Shown: positions 20,287 to 30,227, numbered from the stretch's first letter. The stretch is 64,000 nucleotides of DNA from Candidatus Zhuqueibacterota bacterium (GCA_049322915.1 JBMOPW010000034.1:520567-584566), one strand, 5' to 3'. Notes: generated by a model from the sequence alone, not told the origin. A program made the numbers and translations.

Positions 20287-21561
20287 ATGACCAAAGAAAA
20301 AATACTCCAGTGCCGGAATGAATTGGAGTCGCATCTGACAAAAGAGCTACTCCCCTTCTGGCTCAATCGCTGCAAAGACAATTCCTACGGTGGATTCATC
20401 ACGCACTTCGACGCGCGCGGCAATGACACAGGGGAAGATCAAAAATCGCTGATCGCGCAAACGCGCACGGTGTTCAGCATGTCCCTGGCGCATCGCGCCG
20501 GCTATGGCAACGGCATCTGCGCCGACTATGCGTCCCACGGCGTGGATTTTCTCATCGATAAAATGTGGGATGAAAAACACGAAGGATTTTTCTGGACCGT
20601 GGATCGAAAAGGCGCGGTGCAAATCGATAAGAAAATTGCCTATGGCCTGAGCTTCGCCATTTATTCGCTGAGCGAATACACGCTGGCCACCGGCGATCCC
20701 CGCGGCATCGTTTATGCAATAAGGACCTTCGACCTGCTGCAGAAGTACGCCGCAGACACCATGTATGGCGGGTATTTTGAAATGTTCAAGCGCAACTGGG
20801 ACATCTGTTCCCCGGGCAGCGCCGGCGGCGACAGGAAAACGCTGGACGTCCACATGCATTTGATGGAGGCGTTCACGACGCTGTACGAATGCAGTCAGGA
20901 GCAAGTGCACCGCAGGAAGTTGAAGGAAATTATGGCGCTGCTGACGAACCGCGTCCTGCATCCGGAATACGGCACCGGAATCCCTCAGTTCTGGGAAGAC
21001 TGGCGCGTTGCACCTCAGATCAAATTCGATATCGTCTGGGGTTGGGATCGCTTCGCCGAAGGTGGACAAAAGCCTAATGCTAATGACAATACATCGTATG
21101 GCCATAATGTGGAATTTGCCTGGCTGCTCCTGCATGCGCTGGATATTCTGAATGAAAAGAAAGCGCCCTATCAGGAGATCATTCTCAAACAGTTGAACCA
21201 TGCCCTGGCCAACGGCATTGACGTCGACTATGGCGGCGTTTACGTGGAAGGTCCCCACAGCGGCGGTGTTTACGATCAGGAGAAAGAATTCTGGCAACAG
21301 GCGGAAACAATGATCGGGATGCTGGAGGCGTGCATTCGGTTCGATCTGAAAACGTACTGGCCGGCCTATGAAAATGTCCACCGTTTTGTGTACGATAAAA
21401 TGATCGACCACGCCGTGGGCGAATGGCGACCGCTGTTGACGCGGGAAGGCGCGCCCATCTGGACGCACATGAGCCATTCGTGGAAAGTGAACTACCACTC
21501 GATTCGCGCCACGATTGAGAGCATCAAGCGGCTGGATAGACTATTGAAAATCATCGCATAA
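20287..21561 (+). CDS. AGE-family epimerase (N-acylglucosamine/cellobiose 2-epimerase-like)
   Basis: LLPFW, GGF, QTR, HMHLMEA, SYGHNVE.AWLL, WQQAE, WK.NYH. Confidence 0.85.
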   Translation: MTKEKILQCRNELESHLTKELLPFWLNRCKDNSYGGFITHFDARGNDTGEDQKSLIAQTRTVFSMSLAHRAGYGNGICADYASHGVDFLIDKMWDEKHEGFFWTVDRKGAVQIDKKIAYGLSFAIYSLSEYTLATGDPRGIVYAIRTFDLLQKYAADTMYGGYFEMFKRNWDICSPGSAGGDRKTLDVHMHLMEAFTTLYECSQEQVHRRKLKEIMALLTNRVLHPEYGTGIPQFWEDWRVAPQIKFDIVWGWDRFAEGGQKPNANDNTSYGHNVEFAWLLLHALDILNEKKAPYQEIILKQLNHALANGIDVDYGGVYVEGPHSGGVYDQEKEFWQQAETMIGMLEACIRFDLKTYWPAYENVHRFVYDKMIDHAVGEWRPLLTREGAPIWTHMSHSWKVNYHSIRATIESIKRLDRLLKIIA

Positions 21562-21590
21562 CATGCATCACGGAGAATCGGAACTGGTCC

Positions 21591-22610
21591 ATGCAATTTG
21601 AACGTCTGCACGAAATTTTGGAGAAGATAAAACGCGTCAGGATCGCTGTGTACGGTGATTTCTGTCTGGATGCCTATTGGTTCCTCGACCCGAAGGGCGG
21701 TGAAATTTCCGCTGAAACCGGGCTGCACTCCCGGGCCGTTCGCACCCATTATTATCGATTGGGCGGCGGTTCCAACGTCGTCGCCAATGTGGCAGCGCTG
21801 GCCCCGGCGCAGGTGCAGGTTATCGGCGTGATTGGCAATGATATCTTCGGCAGAGAAGTGATGCGGCAGATGCAAGAGATCGGCGTTGATATTTCATCGC
21901 TGTTCATTCAGGAACAAGATTTTCACACGGTCACTTTTTCAAAAATAATTCTTGAGAACAAGGAGCAGCCGCGAATCGATTTTGGCTTTTTCAATGCGCG
22001 CACCGAGAAGACGGATCAGTTGATCCTGCAACGCCTGCGCCAGGCCATGGAATCCATGGATGCGCTCATTTTCAACCAACAGGTGCCGGGAAGCCTGGCC
22101 CGAGATCTTTTCATCAATGGCGTGAATCAACTGCTGGATGAATTTCATGATAAGATTGTGCTGCTGGATTCGCGGCATTATGGGCGCCGATTTAAAAATA
22201 TTGTTCGCAAGACCAATGAAGTCGAGGCCGCCTGTCTGGCCGGTAAAGAATCGCATGTGCTGGATCAAATTCCTCTCGACGAGACCAAAATCCACGCGCG
22301 TCAGCTTTTTGCCGAATCGGGGAAACCCGTATTTGTCACTCGCGGTCATCATGGCATTCTGGTCGTTGACAGGGACGGTTTGCACGATGCGCCGGGTGTA
22401 AAAATATCCGGCCCACTGGACACGGTCGGCGCCGGCGACACAGTGGTCAGCGCTCTGGGCCTGTGTCTTGCCGCCGGGGTATCTCCGGCCGAAGCAGCGG
22501 AGTTCGCCAATCTCGCCGCCGGAGTCACCGTTCAAAAATTGTTCATGACTGGAACTGCGACCGGCGAGGAAATTATGGAGGTCTGGGGAAAAGCGCATTC
22601 GACTTTTTAA
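21591..22610 (+). CDS. PfkB-family carbohydrate kinase (RfaE/HldA-like)
   Basis: GD.CLD.Y, LGGGSNV, TRG..G, DTVGAGDT. Confidence 0.82.
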   Translation: MQFERLHEILEKIKRVRIAVYGDFCLDAYWFLDPKGGEISAETGLHSRAVRTHYYRLGGGSNVVANVAALAPAQVQVIGVIGNDIFGREVMRQMQEIGVDISSLFIQEQDFHTVTFSKIILENKEQPRIDFGFFNARTEKTDQLILQRLRQAMESMDALIFNQQVPGSLARDLFINGVNQLLDEFHDKIVLLDSRHYGRRFKNIVRKTNEVEAACLAGKESHVLDQIPLDETKIHARQLFAESGKPVFVTRGHHGILVVDRDGLHDAPGVKISGPLDTVGAGDTVVSALGLCLAAGVSPAEAAEFANLAAGVTVQKLFMTGTATGEEIMEVWGKAHSTF

Positions 22611-22654
22611 AAAAAATATTCTAAAAGACACTATTACTCAGCGCACGTATTCCG

Positions 22655-22832
22655 GAAGCCGCTGGTTAGCTGGCGGGTTGATTTTTTAACACCACGATAA
22701 ATCGTGGTGTTGGTACAATGTTGAACCAGCGCCATGCTTCAGCATGGTGAAAGTCGATGCGCCCAAAGAATTCAGCCGCTTCAGCGGCTCCGATGACATT
22801 TCAACATAGTAAATACCTGAGTCATTACGAAA
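22655..22832. repeat. REP-like palindromic repeat E, copy 2 (inverted relative to copy 1)
   Basis: Reverse-complement match to 16998-17166. Confidence 0.8.
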
Positions 22833-22896
22833 TTTGTTTTTTACTATCAGACTTTTGCCGAAACTTCTTTCAATCAAATAAAACAGAGGGTCATCC

Positions 22897-24504
22897 ATGT
22901 ACCGAATCGAATCGAAAATTGATACCAAAAGTCAGGAATTCCTCAATAATAAAAAATCGATGGAAGAGCAGGTAGCGCTGCTGCGCGAACGAGTGGAAGC
23001 GATCAAGCAGGGCGGCCCGGAAAAAGCGCGCGAGGTTCACACGTCGCGGGGCAAATTGCTGGTCCGGGACAGGGTCAAGAAACTTTTCGACCGAAACACG
23101 CCGTTCGTGGAATTCTCGCCCCTGGCCGGGTACGATATGTACGATAACGAAGCGCCTGCTGCCGGCGTCATCACCGGCGTGGGCGTTGTGCATGGCCGGG
23201 AAGTGCTGGTCGTGGCCAACGACGCCACGGTGAAAGGCGGCACCTATTTTCCCATGACCATCAAAAAGCATGTGCGCGCTCAGGAAATCGCCCTGGAAAA
23301 CCGGCTGCCCTGCGTGTACCTGGTGGATTCGGGGGGCATCTTTCTCCCCCATCAGTCCGGCACGTTTCCGGATCGCGATCATTTTGGCCGTATTTTTTAC
23401 AACCAGGCGCGACTCTCGGCCCAGCGCATCGCACAAATTTCCATTGTGCTGGGGTCGTGCACAGCCGGCGGCGCGTACGTTCCGGCCATGAGCGATGAAA
23501 CAGTCATTGTCCGCAAGCAGGGCACCATTTTCATCGGTGGGCCGCCGCTCGTGAAAGCCGCCACAGGCGAGGAAGTCACCGCCGAGGAATTGGGCGGCGC
23601 CGACGTCCATTGCCGCATTTCCGGGGTGTCCGACCATTATGCGCTGAATGACGAACACGCGCTCGAAATCGCCCGCAACATCATCGAAAATCTGGATGCG
23701 CCGAAACGATTCGAGCTGGAAAAATCTGCGCCGGAAGAGCCTTATTACGATCCCGCCGAGATTTACGGCATTGTCTCCCGCGATCTGCGCAAGCCGTACG
23801 ATATCCGGGAGATCATTGCGCGACTGGTGGATGGCAGCCGATTCCATGAATTTAAAGAATTGTACGGGCCCACGATTGTGTGCGGTTTCGCCAGAATCTT
23901 GGGCTACCCGGTGGGCATATTGGGTAACAACGGCGTGCTCTTCTCCGAAAGCTCGAAAAAGGCCGCCCATTTCATGAACCTCTGCACGATCCGAAAAATC
24001 CCGCTCATCTTTCTGCAGAATATCACCGGGTTCATTGTCGGCAAGCAGTACGAGCATGGGGCCATTGCCAGCGACGGCGCGAAAATGGTGCACGCCGTGG
24101 CCAACGCCGATGTGCCCAAATTCACGGTGATTGTCGGCGGCTCTTACGGCGCCGGCAACTATGCCATGTGCGGCCGCGCCTATGGACCGCGTCTGCTCTG
24201 GATGTGGCCCAATTCCAAAATTTGCGTCATGGGCGGCGAACAGGCTGCCAGCGTGTTGCTGCAGGTGAAGAAATCCGCGTTGCAGAAGAAGGGCATCGAA
24301 ATGACGCAGGCGGAGCAGGACGCTTTTATGAAACCAACGCTGGAGAAATACGAACACGAGGCTTCGGCTTATTTCAGCACATCCAATCTCTGGGATGATG
24401 GCATCCTCGATCCGCTGGATACCCGAACGGCGCTTGGCCTGGGAATCGCCATGTCGCTGAACGCGCCCATTCCGGATCAGCGGTTTGGCGTGTTCAGAAT
24501 GTAG
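22897..24504 (+). CDS. liuB: 3-methylcrotonyl-CoA carboxylase, carboxyltransferase subunit
   Basis: [64 protein letters not shown]. Confidence 0.85.
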   Translation: MYRIESKIDTKSQEFLNNKKSMEEQVALLRERVEAIKQGGPEKAREVHTSRGKLLVRDRVKKLFDRNTPFVEFSPLAGYDMYDNEAPAAGVITGVGVVHGREVLVVANDATVKGGTYFPMTIKKHVRAQEIALENRLPCVYLVDSGGIFLPHQSGTFPDRDHFGRIFYNQARLSAQRIAQISIVLGSCTAGGAYVPAMSDETVIVRKQGTIFIGGPPLVKAATGEEVTAEELGGADVHCRISGVSDHYALNDEHALEIARNIIENLDAPKRFELEKSAPEEPYYDPAEIYGIVSRDLRKPYDIREIIARLVDGSRFHEFKELYGPTIVCGFARILGYPVGILGNNGVLFSESSKKAAHFMNLCTIRKIPLIFLQNITGFIVGKQYEHGAIASDGAKMVHAVANADVPKFTVIVGGSYGAGNYAMCGRAYGPRLLWMWPNSKICVMGGEQAASVLLQVKKSALQKKGIEMTQAEQDAFMKPTLEKYEHEASAYFSTSNLWDDGILDPLDTRTALGLGIAMSLNAPIPDQRFGVFRM

Positions 24505-24576
24505 TCCGGGATTCCATCAATCGGATTCATCTTTCGAAATCAATGGAAGTAATTATTGAAAAAATGAGGAGAAGGA

Positions 24577-25371
24577 ATGGCTCACGAAATGGTCTGCAAA
24601 ACGATCAAGTATTCATTTCAAAATAAAGTTGCCACCATCACGCTCAATCGGCCGGAGATACACAACGCGTTCAACGAAGCGATGATCAGCGAATTGCTCG
24701 ATTTGTATCGGGAGATCGCTGACATGGAGCACATTCGCGTCGTGGTCATCGCCGGCGAAGGCAAGTCGTTCTGCGCCGGCGCGGATCTCAAATGGATGGG
24801 CGACGTCATCAATTATTCGTTCGAGCAAAATCTGAACGAATCGCTCCAGTTGGCCGAGCTCTTTTACACCATGTACACGCTGCCGAAACCGACCATCGCC
24901 AAAGTCAACGGCGCGGCCATCGGCGGCGGGACCGGGCTGGTCGCCGTGAACGACATTGTCATTGCCAGCGATCGCGCCAAATTCAGCCTCAGCGAAGTGA
25001 AGCTGGGATTGGTGCCGGCGTGCATCTCGCCGTACGTGATCAAACGCGTCGGCGAACGGGGCTGCCGCGAATTATTCCTCACCGGCCAGCGCATCGATGC
25101 CGGGCAGGCGCTGAAATTTGGATTGGCCAATCAGGTGGTGCCCGAAGCTGAACTGGATTCGGCCGTGGAAAAATTGATCGCTCAACTCATCACCAGCGGC
25201 CCCAATGCGCTGAAAATTTGCAAGGACTTGCTGGAAAAAGTGCCGCAAATGAGCCTGGACCAGGCCAAGACCTACACCGCCGAATCCATCGCCGCGTTGC
25301 GCATCAGCGACGAAGGCCAGGAGGGCATGAGGGCGTTTTTCGAAAAACGACCGCCGAAGTGGAGTGAATAA
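24577..25371 (+). CDS. liuC: Enoyl-CoA hydratase family, methylglutaconyl-CoA-hydratase-like
   Basis: LNRPEIHNAFN, FCAGADL.WM, GGG.GLVA, SEVKLGLVPA.ISPYV; directly after liuB. Confidence 0.75.
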   Translation: MAHEMVCKTIKYSFQNKVATITLNRPEIHNAFNEAMISELLDLYREIADMEHIRVVVIAGEGKSFCAGADLKWMGDVINYSFEQNLNESLQLAELFYTMYTLPKPTIAKVNGAAIGGGTGLVAVNDIVIASDRAKFSLSEVKLGLVPACISPYVIKRVGERGCRELFLTGQRIDAGQALKFGLANQVVPEAELDSAVEKLIAQLITSGPNALKICKDLLEKVPQMSLDQAKTYTAESIAALRISDEGQEGMRAFFEKRPPKWSE

Positions 25372-25401
25372 TTTGTAACCGATAACAGGGTGAATAAACA
25401 A

Positions 25402-25553
25402 AAACCGCTGAAGCGGTTTCAGGAGTTCTTTTGAGATGATTATAACACCACAATGAATTGTGGTGTTAGTTCAACTCCCCTTTGAATCAACACCATGATT
25501 CATCATGGTGTTTACTGTATGAATGAAACATGTCCGAAGCCGTTTCAACAGCT
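25402..25553. repeat. Diverged REP-like repeat related to family E
   Basis: Hairpins aaaccgctgaagcggttt, aacaccacaatgaattgtggtgtt, caccatgattcatcatggtg. Confidence 0.6.
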
Positions 25554-25629
25554 ACTATCTACATCCCGTGATCGGTTACCATAATTTTAATATAAGATTC
25601 AAATTAGAATCATTCTCACGATCATATTG

Positions 25630-26388
25630 TTCGCCGGAGACAAGATGAAACAGATCGACATGCTATTCGACCGGATGGATGCTTGGCGGCACTTCCCGAA
25701 CTACCAGCTTGAACGCCGGGCGGACATCTTCTTTGCGCTGTATCTTCCCGAAGTGCTGGAGGCCACACTTGATTTCCCCGTGAGATCGGAACTGGCTCCG
25801 GAGTTTCCTGTCCGCATCGGCACGATTTACCCCACCATCCCCATCGATAAGTCATACAAAATCGACTACGTCGCCTTGTCGGTTGCCGCCGACAAGGCCG
25901 TTCTCGTGGAACTGAAGACGGAAGGGCTTTCTCGCAGACCAGAACAGGACAAGTACCTGTTGGCGGCGCAGAAGGTTGGACTGCCCGCGCTGCTCGGAGG
26001 ACTGCTGGACATCTTCAGGGCGACCAATGCGAAACGGAAGTATTTCTGCCTTCTCCAGCATCTCGAAAGCATGGGACTGCTTCGCATCCCCATGCAGGTG
26101 AAGGACATCATGGCCGGGGGTGCCCTTCAGGGCGCGACCGACGGCTCGCGCCAGATCGAAATCACAGCCAAGACAACTGAAACCCTGATTGTGTACGTGC
26201 AACCGAATGGGAACGGCCCGGACATCATCTCATTCCGGAAATTCGCGGATGTTGTCCGACGGCATGATGATCCAGTGTCTCAACGGTTTGCCGTGTCGCT
26301 GTGCGAGTGGGCAGAGATTCAAGCGGGAGAGAAGCACCGGCGAACCAGCACCTGAACGGTACGGCTTCGCCGCCCGTTAGGCGCGGCG
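25630..26388 (+). mobile_element. Solitary integron gene cassette
   Basis: Starts at G|TTCGCCGG (25629-25637), complementary to CCGGCGAAC (26337-26345) at the start of an attC site; single ORF with RBS right after the core site. Confidence 0.8.
25645..26355 (+). CDS. Cassette-encoded hypothetical protein, probable PD-(D/E)XK nuclease fold
   Basis: PEFP...KIDY...LVELKT (E-D-ExK); GGAGA RBS at 25636. Confidence 0.65.
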   Translation: MKQIDMLFDRMDAWRHFPNYQLERRADIFFALYLPEVLEATLDFPVRSELAPEFPVRIGTIYPTIPIDKSYKIDYVALSVAADKAVLVELKTEGLSRRPEQDKYLLAAQKVGLPALLGGLLDIFRATNAKRKYFCLLQHLESMGLLRIPMQVKDIMAGGALQGATDGSRQIEITAKTTETLIVYVQPNGNGPDIISFRKFADVVRRHDDPVSQRFAVSLCEWAEIQAGEKHRRTST

Positions 26389-26394
26389 TTATAC
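26339..26394 (+). other. attC recombination site (56 bp)
   Basis: R'' GGCGAAC, 5 nt, L'' CCTGAACG, inner stem CGGC-TTC-GCCG, L' CGTTAGG, 6 nt, R' GTTATAC; one extrahelical base in L''. Confidence 0.82.
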
Positions 26395-26418
26395 CATATA
26401 TTTTTAGTATACAATTAA

Positions 26419-26511
26419 CCCTACAACGTCATTTAGTAAATTTATCACAATATGTTGAGTTTTTCATCTATCAAAAATACAACGATAAAAAATCTATGTG
26501 ACGTAGTAGGG
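26419..26511. mobile_element. 93-bp MITE-like element flanked by TTAA
   Basis: TIRs CCCTACAACGTCA / TGACGTAGTAGGG (12/13); TTAA at 26415-26418 and 26512-26515. Confidence 0.5.
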
Positions 26512-26801
26512 TTAAGTTGGAATGGAATCCTGGACTCACTGAAAGAAGCAACTATTGAAACGATTAAACGATTAAACGATTACCGGATGGTTGCTCAATT
26601 GAAGATATCATGTTTGAAATCAATTTCATTGCTCGGGTAAAGAAAGGCCTTAAGGAGCCGAGCAGGGAAATCTGATTACAATAGAAGAACTTTTAAAAAG
26701 AGTGGAACTTCAAACGTGATAGATTACATGAACTTCCATCGTATTATTTTATTTTAAAATTGAAAAACCAAAGATAGAAAAATAAAATCGGACGGAAAAA
26801 A

Positions 26802-28301
26802 ATGTTCAAAAAAATTCTCATTGCCAATCGTGGCGAAATTGCTGTGCGCGTGATGAAAGCGTGTCAGGAACTGGGCATTAAAACCATTGCAGTGTATTCG
26901 GAAGCGGATGAAAAAGCGCTGCACGTGCAGCTTGCCGACGAAGCCGTCCTTCTGGGGCCGCCGCCGCCGCTGGAAAGCTACCTCAACATCGATAAGGTGA
27001 TTGCCGCTGCTCACGAGCGGGGCGCTGACGCCATCCATCCCGGCTACGGATTTTTGGCCGAGAATTCGAAATTTGCCGAACGCTGCGAGCAGGAAGGCAT
27101 TGCCTTCATTGGCCCCGGTTCCCGGTCCATGGCCCTGTTGGGTGATAAAATCCGCTCGCGGCAAACCATGGCGGCCGCAGGCATCCCCATCATCCCGGGC
27201 ATGCATCAGCGCGTGGACAGTCTCCAACAGTTGCGCAGCGAGGCCGAGAAAATAGGCTACCCGGTTCTGATCAAAGCGTCGGCCGGCGGCGGCGGGAAAG
27301 GCATGCGCGTTGTTCGTTCTCCCGAAGAATTGAAGGATGCCATGGAAGCCGGCATGCGCGAGGCCAAATCCGCTTTTGGCGATGAATCGGTTTATCTGGA
27401 AAAATATATCGAGCAGCCGCGCCACGTGGAATTCCAGGTCATCGCCGACCAGCACGGCCATGTCGTGCATCTCTTCGAACGGGAGTGCTCGATTCAGCGC
27501 CGCCATCAAAAGATTGTCGAAGAGTCCCCCTCGGTCGCGCTGGATGCGACGCTGCGCAATGCCATGGGCGAGACCGCCAAACGGGTGATTCAGCAGAGCA
27601 ATTACACCAATGCCGGCACTGTGGAATTTCTGCTCGACAGAAACAAGAATTTCTATTTTCTGGAAGTGAACGCCCGTATCCAGGTCGAGCACCCGGTCAC
27701 GGAGTTGGTGACTGGCATCGATCTGGTGAAACTGCAAATCCGCATCGCGGCCGGCGAACCGCTGCCGTTCACACAGGAGGATTTGAAGCAAAAAGGTCAC
27801 GCCATCGAGTGCCGAATTTATGCGGAAGATCCGGAGAACAATTTTCTGCCGTCGCTGGGAACCATCCATTTTTGCCAGGAACCGACCGGGCCGTGGATCC
27901 GCAACGATTCCGGCATTTTCTCAGGCATCGAGGTATCTATGTTTTACGACCCCATTCTGGCGAAGCTCATTGTGTGGGGAGAGAACCGCAACGACGCCAT
28001 TCAGCGCATGAAGATGGCCCTGGAAAATTATATCATTCTGGGGATCAAAACCCAGATCCCATTTCTGAAGCAGGTCATCGACCATGACCAGTTCCGGCAG
28101 GGCAATACGACGACTGACTTTCTCCAGAAATTTTTCCCGAATTGGCAATTGGAAACGCCATCCGAAGAGGAGCGGAATCTGGCTCTGGCCGCGGCAGCAA
28201 TTTATCGAATGAATAAAAAAAGCCCGGTATCGGCCAGTGGAAAAATGAAGCACGAATCTCCCTGGACGACCACCGGCGCATGGGAAATACTAAAATCATG
28301 A
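26802..28301 (+). CDS. Biotin carboxylase (probable MCC alpha subunit, BC domain)
   Basis: MFKKILIANRGEIA, GGGGKG, ERECSIQRRHQK, QVEHPVTE; lies in the liu context. Confidence 0.9.
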   Translation: MFKKILIANRGEIAVRVMKACQELGIKTIAVYSEADEKALHVQLADEAVLLGPPPPLESYLNIDKVIAAAHERGADAIHPGYGFLAENSKFAERCEQEGIAFIGPGSRSMALLGDKIRSRQTMAAAGIPIIPGMHQRVDSLQQLRSEAEKIGYPVLIKASAGGGGKGMRVVRSPEELKDAMEAGMREAKSAFGDESVYLEKYIEQPRHVEFQVIADQHGHVVHLFERECSIQRRHQKIVEESPSVALDATLRNAMGETAKRVIQQSNYTNAGTVEFLLDRNKNFYFLEVNARIQVEHPVTELVTGIDLVKLQIRIAAGEPLPFTQEDLKQKGHAIECRIYAEDPENNFLPSLGTIHFCQEPTGPWIRNDSGIFSGIEVSMFYDPILAKLIVWGENRNDAIQRMKMALENYIILGIKTQIPFLKQVIDHDQFRQGNTTTDFLQKFFPNWQLETPSEEERNLALAAAAIYRMNKKSPVSASGKMKHESPWTTTGAWEILKS

Positions 28302-28484
28302 TGTCAGCAGGTTGGGTGTTTCCAGGCCATCGCCGTCTGGAGGTGGATATACATCCAGCGCGCGTCATGGCTGGGACGTCTGTCCCGGAAAAGGCGCACC
28401 GTTCGGGATGAATATCCCGAGCGATGAGAACAGTGAAACGTTGGCGAATCCTAAATTTTCAAGTATTAACAAAAAGGAAATTCT

Positions 28485-28994
28485 GTGGACTTAGAATTCA
28501 AAATCGACCAGGATGAGTATCAGATAATAGCCCAAAAAAAGGATGCTCGCTATCAGCTAAAAATCAACGGTCAGCCGCTCGATTGCAGCGCCTCTCTGCT
28601 GGCGCCGCATTGTCTTTTGATCGAAGATAAGCAGCGTCGGCAGCGCATTTATCTGGCGGAAGGCAAGGACAGGACATTTGTTTTCATCAATGGCAGGCAG
28701 CTTGTCCTGGAATGCATGGATGCCTCGTCGCGGGCGGCTGTCCGGCATGGCGATGATTTGCACGATGGAGGCTCAGAAATACGCGCGCCCATGCCCGGGA
28801 AAGTGCTGAAAATTCTTGTGGAGGTCAATCAGGAGGTGCAGCCCAAACAGTCGCTCGTGATTGTCGAAGCGATGAAAATGGAGCACAATATCACAGCGCC
28901 AAAAAAAGCTGTGGTCACCCGGATTCACTTCAAAGAGGGCGATGTGGTGGATGCCGGTCAGCAGCTTTTGGAATTGCAGGTGGTTGCGGAGTAG
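28485..28994 (+). CDS. Biotin carboxyl carrier protein (split MCC alpha C-terminal part)
   Basis: APMPGKV...EAMKMEH. Confidence 0.88.
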   Translation: MDLEFKIDQDEYQIIAQKKDARYQLKINGQPLDCSASLLAPHCLLIEDKQRRQRIYLAEGKDRTFVFINGRQLVLECMDASSRAAVRHGDDLHDGGSEIRAPMPGKVLKILVEVNQEVQPKQSLVIVEAMKMEHNITAPKKAVVTRIHFKEGDVVDAGQQLLELQVVAE

Positions 28995-29033
28995 CGCCCC
29001 ATCTGACTGCTTACCCTTAACCATATCTTTTCT

Positions 29034-29246
29034 AACGCAGAGGTCGCAGAGACCGCAGAGGTACGCAGCGTTTTGGTATTGAAAAAAAGCTGTTTGCAAA
29101 CTCATGAAACCAGGTATTCTCCTGGTTATTTTGGTCTTCTGTTACTAGTGGTGAACATGATTTTCATTGTTTGATTGAAAATTTTAAAATCACTCTGGCC
29201 AATTCAACGCTGGTCATTTCTCTGCGCCCTTCGCGACCTCTGCGTT
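29034..29246. repeat. Inverted 9-mer-period arrays enclosing about 170 bp
   Basis: aacgcagaggtcgc (29034-29047) is the exact reverse complement of 29233-29246; cgcagag recurs at 9-bp spacing. Confidence 0.6.
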
Positions 29247-29443
29247 TCATTTGATTTGTGAATATCCCCCAACTTATGGGTAAGGGTTAGATCTGGCTGA
29301 GGAGAACCCGTTCGAAGCGAACGAAATTCAACGGATGCCTAGTCGTCAGGCGATACAGAGACAGACTTGTTTTCAGGTTGAAACCGATTTTAAATTTGAA
29401 ATAATCATACGTTACACAGCATAAACATTGCACAGGAGGACAT

Positions 29444-30217
29444 GTGGAATATCGAAATATTCTCGTTGAACTTTTGCCGCAGGTCGGCATACTCAAAATC
29501 AATCGCCCAGAAAGCCTGAATGCGCTCAACAATGAGACGTTGGGTGAAATCAGAGAAGGCATCAAAGCGCTGAACAACAATGACGATGTCAGAGTCATCA
29601 TCATCACCGGCGAAGGCAAGGCGTTCATTGCCGGCGCGGATATCAAGCTCATGAAAGATATGAATGAGACCGAAGCGCGGGAATTTTGTCAAACCGGCCA
29701 GAAATTATTCGATCTCATCGAAAACCTGGATAAGCCCGTTATCGCCGCGGTGAACGGATTCGCTCTGGGCGGCGGCTGCGAACTGGCCATGGCCTGCGAT
29801 TTTCGCATTGCCAGCGAAACTGCCAAATTTGGTCAGCCGGAAGTGAACCTGGGCATCATTCCCGGCTTTGGCGGCACGCAACGTCTGCCGCGGCTCGTTG
29901 GCACCGGTCAGGCCAAGGAACTCATTTTCACCGGCGATGTCATTGACGCCAACACCGCGCTGCGAATCGGTCTGGTGAATCGCGTGGTGCCGCCCGAAAA
30001 CCTGATGGAGATGGTCGTGGCCATCGCGCAAAAAATCGCAGGCAAAGGACCGGCCGCGGTGCTGATTGCCAAGAACGTCATCAATCGCGGCATGGAAACG
30101 ACGCTCGCCAAGAGCTTTTCCATCGAACAGGATGGATTTCTACAGTGCTTCGATTCCGGCGAGGCCAGAGAAGGCATGACTGCCTTCGTTGAAAAACGCA
30201 AACCAGACTGGGCGTGA
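29444..30217 (+). CDS. Short-chain enoyl-CoA hydratase (crotonase)
   Basis: INRPESLNALN, FIAGADI, GFALGGGCELA, FGQPEV.LGIIPGFGGTQRL; GTG start after AGGAGG. Confidence 0.88.
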   Translation: MEYRNILVELLPQVGILKINRPESLNALNNETLGEIREGIKALNNNDDVRVIIITGEGKAFIAGADIKLMKDMNETEAREFCQTGQKLFDLIENLDKPVIAAVNGFALGGGCELAMACDFRIASETAKFGQPEVNLGIIPGFGGTQRLPRLVGTGQAKELIFTGDVIDANTALRIGLVNRVVPPENLMEMVVAIAQKIAGKGPAAVLIAKNVINRGMETTLAKSFSIEQDGFLQCFDSGEAREGMTAFVEKRKPDWA

Positions 30218-30227
30218 GAACAGCCAT

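Noticed and set aside
25560..25628. attI site or integron integrase upstream of the cassette
   Set aside because: No tyrosine recombinase ORF nearby and no recognisable attI structure
26557..26582. Triple aaacgatt octamer
   Set aside because: A short intergenic microsatellite with no link to a promoter or ORF
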